Positions 25,470-35,320 of a DNA stretch of 64,000 bases are shown here, piece after piece. Source of the stretch: an uncultured Clostridia bacterium (GTDB lineage Bacteria > Bacillota > Clostridia > UMGS1883 > UMGS1540). Where the stretch lies: assembly GCA_937966555.1 (NCBI GenBank), contig CALCLY010000036.1, positions 122,116 to 186,115 of the forward strand, in the 5' to 3' direction. Within the stretch, counting starts at the first letter, position 1; each line of letters opens with the position of its first letter. The notes beneath the pieces are model-generated. The model worked only from the letters and a program-made list of their open reading frames with translations, did no database searches and had not been told where the DNA came from. The translations under genes and the position numbers were made by a program.

Positions 25470-28400
25470 TTATTTTAGGTTTTCCAGCACACGCATAAAT
25501 ACCGCGGCTGCCTGCGCTCTTGTCGTATTGGCCTTTGGTGCAAAGCTCCCATCCGTATTACCTGTCATAATGGACTTTTCCGCCGCCCATGTTACAGCGT
25601 CCTTCGCATAGTCTGAAATGTCGCTGTTGTCCATATAGGCTGTGCTGCCGCTTGTCGTTATATCATATCCCTTGAATGTTGCATAGCGATAGATCATTAC
25701 TACCATCTGCTCTCTGGTTATATTATCATTCGGAGCAAATTGATTTTCGGAAATTCCGAAGATTATACCGTTATTGCTTGCCCACGCAACAGCCTTTTCA
25801 TAATAGCTTCCGCTTTCTATGTCAATAAAGGCGGCTGCAGCTGTCTGCGGCTCATTTTCCATTCTGTAAAGAATTGTAACAAACATTGCCCTTGTAATAT
25901 CGCTTTGGGGTGCAAATTCCGTATTTGATACGCCTTTCATCAGACCGTTTTCGTATGCGTATTTCACCGAATCATAAAACCAGTCGTTTTTGTGAATGTC
26001 TGTAAACGGATTTTCCCATTCTGTCGGTTTTGGTGGGTCAACCGGATCAACAGGCTTTTCGTTTTCGTTCCACTTTGCATAAAGCGTAAAGTCCTTTGTA
26101 ACCTTGCTTGCAAAATCATATTTTGCAGTCAATTTTTCATCTGTGTACCAGCCGTCAAAGGTAAAACCTTCTTTTGCAGGAGCAGTCGGCTCTTTAACAA
26201 CACTATTTTTTGTTACGGAAGATGATGTAATTGCGTTTCCGCCGTTTGTTTCAAACTTAACTGTGTAGCGTGTTGTTCCGCCGCCGCCACCGCCGCCGCC
26301 ACCGCCGCCGGACGAATTAACAGTAAAGCGGATTGTCTTATCAATCGTGGTCAAATTGGTGGCTGTTACACGAACTGTTGCGGTGTAAGTGCCTGCGGCC
26401 AAGCCTGTGTTGGGCTTGATGGTGAAAGTTGTGGTGCCGGATGTTGCCAGATTCGTATTAAAACCCGTCTTATCCAGCGTGAAGCTGTCGGCATTGGCTC
26501 CGGTCAGGGTCACATCCAGAGAAGCAAGAGCACCGGTGCCGGTATTGGTGATCGTAAAGGTCTCTGCGGTCTGCTCGCCGTAGCCTACGGTCCGTGCAGC
26601 AAAAGTTTTACCGTCCGGTGTGACTGTTGCCGTATAAGTCAGGGGCACATCGTCTGCCGGGACGGTGACCGTAGTGGTTGCACCTGCAAAGTGTGTATCA
26701 GTTTCCGCTATGCGGACATAGTAGGTGCCTGCGGTAAGTCCGGTGATCTCGGTGCCGGAGCATACAGTACCTGCGGGGCTGGCAAAGTTAGAGTCGGTGC
26801 TGTACTCCATAGCTGTGGTTGTACCGGTTATCTTACCGTCGGAGCCGCCCAAAGTGGTGGGATTCACTCCGTTCAAACCGGTAGGAGCACCGGGACTGTC
26901 AGCCTTTTTAACCGCAGCGGTTGCGGCGCTGGTAAGTGTGCCGGTTTCCTCGCTGCTGGAAATCTCCACGGTGATGGTCGAGCCGATGTCGGCCTTAACC
27001 AGCGTGTAGGTGCTGTTCATTGCGCCGGAGATGTCGGAGCCATCACGCTTCCACTGATAGGACAGCGTGCCGGTATTATTGCCGCTTTCAAGAGATGCTG
27101 TCAGGGTCTGACCGAACTTAGCCGTACCGGTGATCGTGGCTGTGCCGGTCAGGGCGGGGTTCTCCGTCCAGCGCGCGTAATATTCGCTACTTGAATCTGT
27201 ATAAACTGTGTCCAGACTCAACAAAGTGCCGCCGCTTTCTGCTGTATACCACCCGGCAAAGATGTAGTGCTCTTTTGTCGGTGTCGGCACCTGTTCCGCG
27301 GTCAACTTGCCGTCCGTACCGGTAACAAGTTCCACACGATAACTTTCATCTCCGATTTTTCCGCCCTGCGTATAGAAGCCAACGATATATTTTGTAACGC
27401 CGCCGAGAGGACTCATAGAAAACGGAACGCCGTAAGAATATTTCACTTCGTCTATCGTATAGTTAGTATACACAACCCCCGGGTTATTGCCTCCCAAGGT
27501 GACATCTGTTTCATTCAGCTCTGCCAGTGCCAACCCGTCCTGTGCCTTGAAGTATATCCACAGAGTGTATTTAATCCCCGAAATGAACTGTGCAGAAAGC
27601 TTTGTTGCGTCAGAATAACTTCCGCCGGAGTCTGAGTATTGCCACTTATACGTGAATTCTACACCCGCCGTATTGCAGGTGACAACCGCATCCGCAACAT
27701 TTTCTCCCTCCGTATATCCGGTATAGGAAAATGAAACGCTGTCAATCGCTCCCCACAAGGCATATACCGTGGTTGCCTCGCTGAAAACCGTTGTCTCCGT
27801 TATCTTCATTCCTCCGCTTGCTGCGGTATACCATCCGTCGAAGGTGTAGCCCTCCCTTGTCGGAACCGGAAGTGATGCCAATTTACCTTTATCCGCCGCC
27901 GGTATCGTTATTGTATCCGTATCCTTGCCGTTTACCTTGCCGCCGTTTGCATCAAATGTTACATCAATGTCAACGGCGGGCACCCAGCGCGCGTAAAATT
28001 GGTTTCTTGGATCTGTATAAACTGTGTCCAGACTCAACAAAGTGCCGCCGCTTTCTGCTGTATACCACCCGGCAAAGATGTAGTGCTCTTTTGTCGGTGT
28101 CGGCACCTGTTCCGCGGTCAACTTGCCGTCCGTACCGGTAACAAGTTCCACACGATAACTTTCATCTCCGATTTTTCCGCCCTGCGTATAGAAGCCAACG
28201 ATATATTTTGTAACGCCGCCGAGAGGACTCATAGAAAACGGAACGCCGTAAGAATATTTCACTTCGTCTATCGTATAGTTAGTATACACAACCCCCGGGT
28301 TATTGCCTCCCAAGGTGACATCTGTTTCATTCAGCTCTGCCAGTGCCAACCCGTCCTGTGCCTTGAAGTATATCCACAGAGTGTATTTAATCCCCGAAAT

Positions 28401-28664
28401 GAACTGTGCAGAAAGCTTTGTTGCGTCAGAATAACTTCCGCCGGAGTCTGAGTATTGCCACTTATACGTGAATTCTACACCCGCCGTATTGCAGGTGACA
28501 ACCGCATCCGCAACATTTTCTCCCTCCGTATATCCGGTATAGGAAAATGAAACTGCTTCTATCTCTGTTCCCGCCGCACTCGCCGTCACGCCCATGGCGG
28601 GCACGAGGGAAAGCAGCATTGCCAGTGTCAGTAAAACAGAAAAAAATTGTCTTGTCTTTTTCAC
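25470..28664 (-). CDS. SLH-anchored surface protein with Listeria-Bacteroides (Flg_new) repeats
   Basis: Start revised to GTG 28664 (GGAGG 8 nt upstream), giving VKKTRQFFSVLLTLAMLLSLVPAMGVTASA as signal peptide. Repeats of the YxFxGWYT type occur several times. Three C-terminal SLH domains. An 11-Gly run is present. Confidence 0.8.
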   Translation of the reverse strand: MKKTRQFFSVLLTLAMLLSLVPAMGVTASAAGTEIEAVSFSYTGYTEGENVADAVVTCNTAGVEFTYKWQYSDSGGSYSDATKLSAQFISGIKYTLWIYFKAQDGLALAELNETDVTLGGNNPGVVYTNYTIDEVKYSYGVPFSMSPLGGVTKYIVGFYTQGGKIGDESYRVELVTGTDGKLTAEQVPTPTKEHYIFAGWYTAESGGTLLSLDTVYTDPRNQFYARWVPAVDIDVTFDANGGKVNGKDTDTITIPAADKGKLASLPVPTREGYTFDGWYTAASGGMKITETTVFSEATTVYALWGAIDSVSFSYTGYTEGENVADAVVTCNTAGVEFTYKWQYSDSGGSYSDATKLSAQFISGIKYTLWIYFKAQDGLALAELNETDVTLGGNNPGVVYTNYTIDEVKYSYGVPFSMSPLGGVTKYIVGFYTQGGKIGDESYRVELVTGTDGKLTAEQVPTPTKEHYIFAGWYTAESGGTLLSLDTVYTDSSSEYYARWTENPALTGTATITGTAKFGQTLTASLESGNNTGTLSYQWKRDGSDISGAMNSTYTLVKADIGSTITVEISSSEETGTLTSAATAAVKKADSPGAPTGLNGVNPTTLGGSDGKITGTTTAMEYSTDSNFASPAGTVCSGTEITGLTAGTYYVRIAETDTHFAGATTTVTVPADDVPLTYTATVTPDGKTFAARTVGYGEQTAETFTITNTGTGALASLDVTLTGANADSFTLDKTGFNTNLATSGTTTFTIKPNTGLAAGTYTATVRVTATNLTTIDKTIRFTVNSSGGGGGGGGGGGTTRYTVKFETNGGNAITSSSVTKNSVVKEPTAPAKEGFTFDGWYTDEKLTAKYDFASKVTKDFTLYAKWNENEKPVDPVDPPKPTEWENPFTDIHKNDWFYDSVKYAYENGLMKGVSNTEFAPQSDITRAMFVTILYRMENEPQTAAAAFIDIESGSYYEKAVAWASNNGIIFGISENQFAPNDNITREQMVVMIYRYATFKGYDITTSGSTAYMDNSDISDYAKDAVTWAAEKSIMTGNTDGSFAPKANTTRAQAAAVFMRVLENLK
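27195..28553. repeat. two identical 543-bp direct copies (27195-27737 and 28011-28553), 816 bp apart, inside one CDS
   Basis: I compared both copies base by base by eye and saw no mismatch. The period of 816 nt equals 272 codons, so the protein carries a duplicated 181-aa block. Confidence 0.8.
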
Positions 28665-28692
28665 ATTTATATCCTCCTTTTGATGTGATGTT

Positions 28693-29280
28693 CTACTTGC
28701 CTCCGATATTCCGGCTTGAAATTGCATTACCGCAATACTCGCATTTGCCGGAGCTTCCGGCGCGAATTCTTGTTGTTCCGCTGCATTTTTCACACACAAT
28801 GTTAACAAAGCTTGTTTTACTGCCTTCTCTGCCCGAAAGAATCACGCAGGGCATGCCCTGCTTTTGCAGAGTGCAGTCACAGAATACTCCTTTGCCGAAA
28901 AGCTTCTCAAGCTCGGAAAGTACCTTGAACGGCGGTTTCCCCGATTGCTTTGCAAGCTCGTCAATTGTCACCATGCCGTCAGCATCACACATAAAGATTG
29001 AGTTGTAGCGATATGCAAGACCTGCCCTTCTGCCGTTTTTAATCCCGTTTAACAAAAGCAATCCGGACGGAACAACCATGACTATATTGGTAATCAAGTT
29101 ATCGCGAAGCTCTTCGTTATACCCGGTAACCCCGGAAATAATTCCAAACAGAAAAACCGCCGTGAAGAATCCGCCTATAATCATTTGTATGTGCTTTTTT
29201 AATGTAAGCCTTGCAATTGCCACTTTTGAAATATATGTTCCGCCACCCGAAAAGATTGTTTGATTCGTCTTCATTTTCAC
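28693..29280 (-). CDS. membrane protein with C-terminal zinc ribbon
   Basis: 195 aa. Two predicted TM helices, then CEKCSG..CEYCGN. ATGA-type overlap with the upstream gene. Confidence 0.5.
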   Translation of the reverse strand: MKMKTNQTIFSGGGTYISKVAIARLTLKKHIQMIIGGFFTAVFLFGIISGVTGYNEELRDNLITNIVMVVPSGLLLLNGIKNGRRAGLAYRYNSIFMCDADGMVTIDELAKQSGKPPFKVLSELEKLFGKGVFCDCTLQKQGMPCVILSGREGSKTSFVNIVCEKCSGTTRIRAGSSGKCEYCGNAISSRNIGGK

Positions 29281-30125
29281 TGCCTCCGAAATGCCATCAT
29301 TCCCACTCCGATGATTGCAAGCAATATACCGGTTACTATGCCGAAAATCGAGCCGCCGCGCACTCCTTTTTTGTTCTCCCCGGCAAATTCTTCTGCTGTC
29401 ATAATTCCCTTAACGGTTGTAACCGAATCCACATCCTCGGCTTCTATCAGGGTATCGCCTTTTTGTACGCCGACAATCGTATATTCGAGCGGATCGTCGG
29501 GCGAAACGATGCCGTAGGATATTTTTTGAGATCCGTATCCCGTCGATGAGTACATACCTGTTGATTTTTTCGGCAGCCAATTTTCTTTTGAAACGCAGTA
29601 GCTGCTTTCTCTTCCGCCCGAAAGCACCTTCCAGCCCGCATTGAGGCTCTTCTCGTCATATTGCGTAAATTCGGTGTTTCTTATAAGCGGATTGAGCAGC
29701 TTGCTTTCCACCTTAAATTCTCCGAGTAGGGTAGGTGCGGCGAGCATGGTTGATGTAAGTATCTCGGCGTTTATTCCAAAATTCGCCTTTTCGCTGTAGT
29801 CTGTATTCTCCGGATACCAGTCCCACACTTTTTCATCACCGCTGCCGGTATCCTGTTTATAAGTCCAAACCGTTCTTTTCGCCGTTACTCCGGGAAGCTT
29901 AACGCCCGTTATGGGATCCTGAAGCTGTTCGGCAGGTTTAAGAGTTCCCGAAACAACCACAAGCTTTCCCTCGTTTTCGGGAGTAAGCTTGCCGTCTTTA
30001 ATCGTTGGCGCAGCTTTGATTTTCTCATAGGACTGCGGTGCTGACACAAGAGCTTTTATGGCAAGCGAAGCAAAGAGCAAGCCTCCTATAATCAGTATAA
30101 CGCCGATTATTTTTTTCATAGTCAT
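29277..30125 (-). CDS. membrane protein with N- and C-terminal TM anchors (TMEM43/DUF1625-like?)
   Basis: 282 aa. N-terminal TM IIGVILIIGGLLFASLAI and C-terminal TM IFGIVTGILLAIIGVGMMAF. The family guess is weak. Confidence 0.45.
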   Translation of the reverse strand: MTMKKIIGVILIIGGLLFASLAIKALVSAPQSYEKIKAAPTIKDGKLTPENEGKLVVVSGTLKPAEQLQDPITGVKLPGVTAKRTVWTYKQDTGSGDEKVWDWYPENTDYSEKANFGINAEILTSTMLAAPTLLGEFKVESKLLNPLIRNTEFTQYDEKSLNAGWKVLSGGRESSYCVSKENWLPKKSTGMYSSTGYGSQKISYGIVSPDDPLEYTIVGVQKGDTLIEAEDVDSVTTVKGIMTAEEFAGENKKGVRGGSIFGIVTGILLAIIGVGMMAFRRQ

Positions 30126-30140
30126 TCCTCCGTTCTGTAG

Positions 30141-31313
30141 CTATTCAAGCTTATTCGCCTGATTTTTATATTCGTCCTGTATAAATTTCGCGTCCTTGTC
30201 GCTAAGTGCGTTTATAACCGTGCCGAGTGCGTCAAACTGCGCTCTTGTGCAGTGCACCGCAACAGGTTTGCAGGCATATCCGCGCGTCATACGTCCTAAA
30301 TTTTCGTTTTTTACAAGTCCGAGCATAACTTCATAAAGCTCATCCGTATTGAAATAGGTTGCTTTTGCCTTCCATGCGTCATAGTTCTCCTCGGATTTGT
30401 TGATAAAGCTTGTTACGGCTGCCCATGCGGGAACTTTGTCGCTGCCCGGTGTGGTTTTAAAGTAGTCCATCGTGGCTCTGTATGCCGCCTCGCTTGTGTT
30501 TTCGTGTGACGGATAATCATACCACAGCCAAACAAGACCTTTTACACCGCTTGAATGAAGGTCTGCGTCAGCCTCGTTTTTCAGCATTTCCGAGATAGGC
30601 GCAACCACCCTGTCATCACCGAGGAGACCGGCATACTCATACGCTGCCTTCCGAACATCGTTATCCGAATCTTTCATCAGCTCGATTTCCGCATCAACCG
30701 CTCCGTTAAGAGTCTTGTTCCATGTGCTTCCGAGAGCAACCGCCGCCTGCCTTCTTACAACTGCGTTTTCATTCTTTGCCGCATCAAGCAGGAATTTGCC
30801 GATTTCTGCATCCTTGCCGCCTTCATTTCCAAGAGCTTTTACCGCACATTTAATAACATAAGGCTCTTTTTCGGTTTTCAGAATCTCCTTTGCCGACGCT
30901 TTATGCGAATCACTTACCCCGAAAAATGTGGCGATGTTTGAAAAAGCATAGCCTCTTACCTGCGGTGCATCGCTTTTTAAAAGAGGCTCAACAAATTCCT
31001 TTGCCGCAGGGAGTGTTGCCTTGTTATCCTTAAGCTTTTTGATTGCTTTGTCTGTTATATTTTCATCAAGCTCAAGCTTATTGTTGATTGTTGCATATGA
31101 ATATGTGGAAGCAAGATTTACAAATTCGTCCAAGGTTATATTCTGCTCATCTTTAATAAACTCTTTTATCAGATCGTCCTCTGTCATATTTGCGTAGTCA
31201 ATCTTTTTGGTTTCCTGCTTTGTTTCGGTTTCTTTTCCGGTATTTTCACCGCCGCACGCAGCGAGCGAAAATACCATTCCTACAGCTAAAATGAACGCTA
31301 ATATTTTTTTCAT
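30141..31313 (-). CDS. HEAT-repeat lipoprotein
   Basis: Lipobox FSLAAC. Repeated DAPQVRGYA, NAVVRRQAAVALG and DNDVRKAAYEYAG motifs. Confidence 0.55.
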   Translation of the reverse strand: MKKILAFILAVGMVFSLAACGGENTGKETETKQETKKIDYANMTEDDLIKEFIKDEQNITLDEFVNLASTYSYATINNKLELDENITDKAIKKLKDNKATLPAAKEFVEPLLKSDAPQVRGYAFSNIATFFGVSDSHKASAKEILKTEKEPYVIKCAVKALGNEGGKDAEIGKFLLDAAKNENAVVRRQAAVALGSTWNKTLNGAVDAEIELMKDSDNDVRKAAYEYAGLLGDDRVVAPISEMLKNEADADLHSSGVKGLVWLWYDYPSHENTSEAAYRATMDYFKTTPGSDKVPAWAAVTSFINKSEENYDAWKAKATYFNTDELYEVMLGLVKNENLGRMTRGYACKPVAVHCTRAQFDALGTVINALSDKDAKFIQDEYKNQANKLE

Positions 31314-31337
31314 AATATAAAATTCCTCCTGATTCTT

Positions 31338-32663
31338 TTATTGTTTATCATTATCGTCAAATATGTCGCCGCATTCAGGGCAGAATTTCGGCGGATTTTT
31401 GGGATCTTCAGGCTCCCAGCCGCATTTATCGCATTTATAGGTCGGTGCGCCCGCAGGTTTCGGATTCCCACAGTTTTGGCAGAACCTACCCTTGTTGACC
31501 GTTCCGCACGAACACGTCCAGCCGTCGGGCGATGCCTGCGGTTTTCCGCAATTCATACAGAATTTCCCGGTATTGCCCGTCTGACCGCATTCACAGCTCC
31601 AGCCTGCCGCTTGAGGCTGCTGTGCCTGCTGCTGAGACTGCTGTTGCTGCTGACCCATCGCAAAAAGATTGCCCGCATTCATACCGCCTGCATTCTGCGC
31701 CATACTCATTCCGAAAAAGCCGCCCATTGCGCCCATTCCGCCTTCGTTTGCCGCTGCCGTTCTCATAGCGTCTGTCTGCCCGCCGACTATGCGCGCCGCC
31801 GCAATATTCGGATTGGTTGTCATAACGTTTTCTTCCCATTCGGTAATCTTTTTTCTCTGGTCATCCGGGATAGATACACCGTTAATGCTTACGGCAAAGA
31901 GCTCGATTCCGCGCTTTTCCTTCCACTCAACTTTAAGCTCCTCGGAAAGAGCCTTTGTAACCTCTTTTGTATGTGCAGGAATTTCCGAATACATTATTTT
32001 CATTGCCGAAATCTGCGCAAATGCCGGTCTCAGAGCGTCCAAAAGCTCACTCTTTAACATTTCGTCAATTTCCGAACGGCTGTATACATATTCCACATTA
32101 CCGCTTACGTTTGTATAAAACATAACAGGGTCGGCTATTTTATAGGAATACACACCGTTACACCTTAAATCCACCGACAGCTTATAGTTCATCGATTCAT
32201 CTATAGTCACCCTGAATGGCACGGGAGAGGAGGTGCCGAATTTATTGCCGGTAATTTCCTTTGTGTTGAAATAATAAACCCTCTGATCCTTGCCCGGTTC
32301 GCCGCCGAAAGTAAAACGCTTGCCTACCTGCTGAAAGCTTTGTTTAATGCTTTCGCCTAAGTTGCCGCAAAAAATGCTCGGCTCGGTTGAATTATCATAA
32401 ACAAACTCACCCGCCTCGGCGCAAAATTCAACAATTTTGCCCGATTCCACGATAATCATGCTCTGTCCTTCGTTTACCGAAATGATAGAACCGTTTGAAA
32501 TAATGTTGTCGTCTCCCTTTTTGTTGGAGCTTCTTTTTCCCACTCGTTTTTCACCTTTTGCCACAAGTGTGTCGGCATCTAAACTTTCGCAGTAGAAAAA
32601 TTCTCTCCACTGGTCAGCCAAAACACCGCCAAGAGCGCCTGCGCCCGCTTTTAAAAGTCCCAT
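31338..32663 (-). CDS. SPFH-domain protein with C-terminal zinc ribbons (YdjI/COG4260-like)
   Basis: MGLLKAGAGALGGVLADQWREFFYC... N-terminus is typical of the YdjI / virion-core-protein-like family. A Gln-rich linker precedes three CxxC..CxxC ribbons. Confidence 0.8.
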   Translation of the reverse strand: MGLLKAGAGALGGVLADQWREFFYCESLDADTLVAKGEKRVGKRSSNKKGDDNIISNGSIISVNEGQSMIIVESGKIVEFCAEAGEFVYDNSTEPSIFCGNLGESIKQSFQQVGKRFTFGGEPGKDQRVYYFNTKEITGNKFGTSSPVPFRVTIDESMNYKLSVDLRCNGVYSYKIADPVMFYTNVSGNVEYVYSRSEIDEMLKSELLDALRPAFAQISAMKIMYSEIPAHTKEVTKALSEELKVEWKEKRGIELFAVSINGVSIPDDQRKKITEWEENVMTTNPNIAAARIVGGQTDAMRTAAANEGGMGAMGGFFGMSMAQNAGGMNAGNLFAMGQQQQQSQQQAQQPQAAGWSCECGQTGNTGKFCMNCGKPQASPDGWTCSCGTVNKGRFCQNCGNPKPAGAPTYKCDKCGWEPEDPKNPPKFCPECGDIFDDNDKQ

Positions 32664-32687
32664 AATTCTGTTCTCCTCTCAAAATTT

Positions 32688-33218
32688 TTATTCTTTATAG
32701 TCTGTTATATCCCATATATCGGGTGTACATATCAGCCTGCCGTTTTCATCCGTATCAAGCGTGATTTTGTGTCCGCCGCGTATGACGATATAAATTTCAA
32801 CATTGCCGCCGCAGTTTATTATATACGGTGTGCCGTCATCTGCTTTTTGCAAATTTTTCTTATCGCCGTTTTGAATCAGCTCGTTTTCCTCTCCGTACCG
32901 CGGAATAACAAGATACCATTTTTCTCCGCCGTAATCATAATGACTGATTGCCCGGCGTTTTTCCTCGGAAAGCTCCGAAAAAAGCTTTTCTATATATTCA
33001 TTTGCCGTATTTTTGCCGGTTTCTCCCTCTCCGAGATATGCGACCGCCCAATAGGGATAGTCCTCGATTTCATCGAACGGAAGAGTATTTGCGTATTCTG
33101 TACGATGCTCACTGTCAACATACACCATGCCCGGTCCGTCCAGTATAAAAGGGTTTTCTCCGGGAGCCCTGCATCCGAAAAGACCGGCAATAACCGTAAA
33201 TATCGCAATTGCTTTCAT
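32688..33218 (-). CDS. lipoprotein, unknown function
   Basis: MKAIAIFTVIAGLFGC lipobox. Start taken at ATG 33218; the track uses GTG 33236. Confidence 0.5.
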   Translation of the reverse strand: MKAIAIFTVIAGLFGCRAPGENPFILDGPGMVYVDSEHRTEYANTLPFDEIEDYPYWAVAYLGEGETGKNTANEYIEKLFSELSEEKRRAISHYDYGGEKWYLVIPRYGEENELIQNGDKKNLQKADDGTPYIINCGGNVEIYIVIRGGHKITLDTDENGRLICTPDIWDITDYKE

Positions 33219-33232
33219 CAGCCTTACCTTAA

Positions 33233-34426
33233 TCACCCTTTCGGCAATTCAATTCGCATATCGTAGCAAAGAATTCTCGAAATAAGAGCCGCCGCTTCAC
33301 TGCGTTTTACCTGTGAATCCGGATAGAACGCCATGTATTCATTGCTTCCCACTGCGATCCCTTTATTATAAAGATCCAAAATTTCATATGCGAAGGGCGT
33401 TGTGTCATAAACGTCCGGAATATCGGTTATCGGAACATCGTTTATAAAATACGGATTGACGTCGCACCGTGAAAACAGATATGCCATCTGTGCACGCGTT
33501 GCGTTTTTCTCCCAATCGAAGATAATATGATCTTCAAGTATTGCTTTGTCATAGCAATAATCCACATAAACATCATACCAGTTTTCACCGGTCATTTGGA
33601 ATTCAACTTCCTCTCCTTCGTATTGGCTTTTCTTGTGAATTACCGCGGCAATTTTGGCTGCCTCCGCGCAGGTAAGCCCTGCATTCGGGTCAAATTCTCT
33701 TTTGTTTTTCCCGTTTAAGATGCCAAAGCTGTACGCCGTCTGCACATAAGAATAGTACCATGCGTCCGGCGATATGTCCGCAAACGGCAGAGAGGTATTC
33801 TCCAGATATTTGCTTCCTTTAAAACCACAGTCCTCGCAGTATATCATGTTTTCACCGAAAATACCCTTTTCCGTCATACTCTCAACAAGCGCAGTATGCA
33901 TAAGTGAAAAACTAAAATTCCCGTCACCCTTTGCATCGGATATTTTTTCGTACATCACATGCTCATCTGCCGTGCACGGGATATAAAATTGTATAAATCC
34001 GGTTCCGGCAAACACATCAAAATCAAACGTTATTTCCTCTGAATTCAATGTAACCTCATTAAGATTTGCGCAGTTGGCAAAAGCGCGCTCACCAATATTT
34101 TTCACACTTGACGGAATATATGCACTTTCGGCATTGCAGCCTTCAAATGCATTTGTGTTTATCAATTCAATTCCTTCAGCAACGGATATGGCTTCAAGTC
34201 CTAAGTCAAAACAAGCCATAACACCGATTTCATTGATTTTTGTTCCGTCTATTTCTGCCGGGAAAAAGGCAAATTCATCACCGTAATAAGCGGTAATTAC
34301 TCCATCCTTTGTGTATTCATACATACCGTCTGCCGATTTGAATGTTTCCCATTCCGCACTGACAACAGTGCTGCTTAAGATCAGCAGTGCTGCAAGCAAT
34401 AACGATAGTTTTTTCACGTTTTGCAC
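33233..34426 (-). CDS. secreted leucine-rich-repeat (BspA-like) protein with SLH-like C-terminal domains
   Basis: Signal peptide present. LRR-like IELINTNAFEGCNAESAYIPSSVKNIGERAFANCANL. SLH-like FADISPDAWYYSYVQTAYSFGILNG and a C-terminal repeat. Confidence 0.6.
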   Translation of the reverse strand: MQNVKKLSLLLAALLILSSTVVSAEWETFKSADGMYEYTKDGVITAYYGDEFAFFPAEIDGTKINEIGVMACFDLGLEAISVAEGIELINTNAFEGCNAESAYIPSSVKNIGERAFANCANLNEVTLNSEEITFDFDVFAGTGFIQFYIPCTADEHVMYEKISDAKGDGNFSFSLMHTALVESMTEKGIFGENMIYCEDCGFKGSKYLENTSLPFADISPDAWYYSYVQTAYSFGILNGKNKREFDPNAGLTCAEAAKIAAVIHKKSQYEGEEVEFQMTGENWYDVYVDYCYDKAILEDHIIFDWEKNATRAQMAYLFSRCDVNPYFINDVPITDIPDVYDTTPFAYEILDLYNKGIAVGSNEYMAFYPDSQVKRSEAAALISRILCYDMRIELPKG

Positions 34427-34432
34427 CTCCCG

Positions 34433-35302
34433 CTACTTTATTTTGGCTTCCGCATCGTCCGCGCGTCTTGTGTAAACCGCCATGCCGCCGGTCGCTGCGT
34501 CATTCATAGCATTTATGCCTTCCTTCAGTTTTTCTTTGTCTGCCTCCGTTATGGCTTCCTCACCTTTTGTTGCAGCCTTAAAAGCCGTTCCGAATGCCGC
34601 CGCCATTCCAATCGCTGCCGCATCCTCTCTTTTTTCCGCCTTGCTTCTGCCGAAGCCGAATAACCCTCTTTCGTCATCGTGAACGCCGAAAATATAGTCA
34701 AAATGCTGCTTTGCATTGTGCGCATATTGTACGTCTGAACGATTGTTCTTGCTGAAGCAGATTTTAAGCTCCTGCTTAATATAAGGGTGAGGACGCAGTC
34801 CTTTTTTGTTATCCGTATTCACCCTGCTCATATTTCCGCCCAACAGTTTGATTTTCAAGCCGCAGCCCTTAAACTCGGGCTGTTTGCCCGGCTCGGTTGC
34901 GGGTGTTTCATCTACATATTCCTCATAGCTTGCCACCTGATCGTAGCGGAAAAGCTCTTTCATCTTGCCTCTGCTCGTGTCGCTTCTGTATACAATTCTG
35001 AACATTCCCAGCTCGTCGCAAAATTCAATGCCCATATCATTAAGCGTGGACGGATATGTGCTTTTTTTGCCCTCCTTTGAGTAAACCTCTTCAAACAGTC
35101 TGTTCTGGCGCTTCATGTACTCAATGTGTCCCTTGATTTCGTCAAGCGTAAGCTCGCTTAAACGAATGTATTTTGAACACAGGTTTCCGCATTCGCTGCA
35201 GATAAATTCCTTGTTCTTGATTTTCGAGCGGTGCATCACGCCACACTCTTTGCCGCATAGTGCGCAGGTTTTTTTACCGAAAATATTTTTAAAGAATCCC
35301 AT
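34433..35302 (-). CDS. zinc-ribbon protein (DUF4428-like N-terminus)
   Basis: 289 aa. N-terminus CALCGKEC..FICSECGNLC. Confidence 0.5.
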   Translation of the reverse strand: MGFFKNIFGKKTCALCGKECGVMHRSKIKNKEFICSECGNLCSKYIRLSELTLDEIKGHIEYMKRQNRLFEEVYSKEGKKSTYPSTLNDMGIEFCDELGMFRIVYRSDTSRGKMKELFRYDQVASYEEYVDETPATEPGKQPEFKGCGLKIKLLGGNMSRVNTDNKKGLRPHPYIKQELKICFSKNNRSDVQYAHNAKQHFDYIFGVHDDERGLFGFGRSKAEKREDAAAIGMAAAFGTAFKAATKGEEAITEADKEKLKEGINAMNDAATGGMAVYTRRADDAEAKIK

Positions 35303-35320
35303 TTTTCAACCTCCAATGAT

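Noticed and set aside
26277-26309. GGN x11 run as a phase-variation (frameshift) switch
   Set aside because: The repeat unit is a trinucleotide (GCC/ACC on the plus strand). Slippage would change Gly-linker length but not the reading frame.
27195-28553. Identical 543-bp copies as a DGR template/variable repeat pair
   Set aside because: No reverse transcriptase gene is nearby. The copies are identical, without adenine-specific differences. Both copies are in frame within the same CDS.
28665-28808. Track N-terminal extensions of the ORFs at 25470-28808, 37713-41147 and 6124-7860
   Set aside because: Internal starts with good RBS (GTG 28664, ATG 41033, ATG 6169) yield canonical signal peptides or a canonical N-terminus. 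The upstream residues overlap neighbouring genes or lack an RBS.
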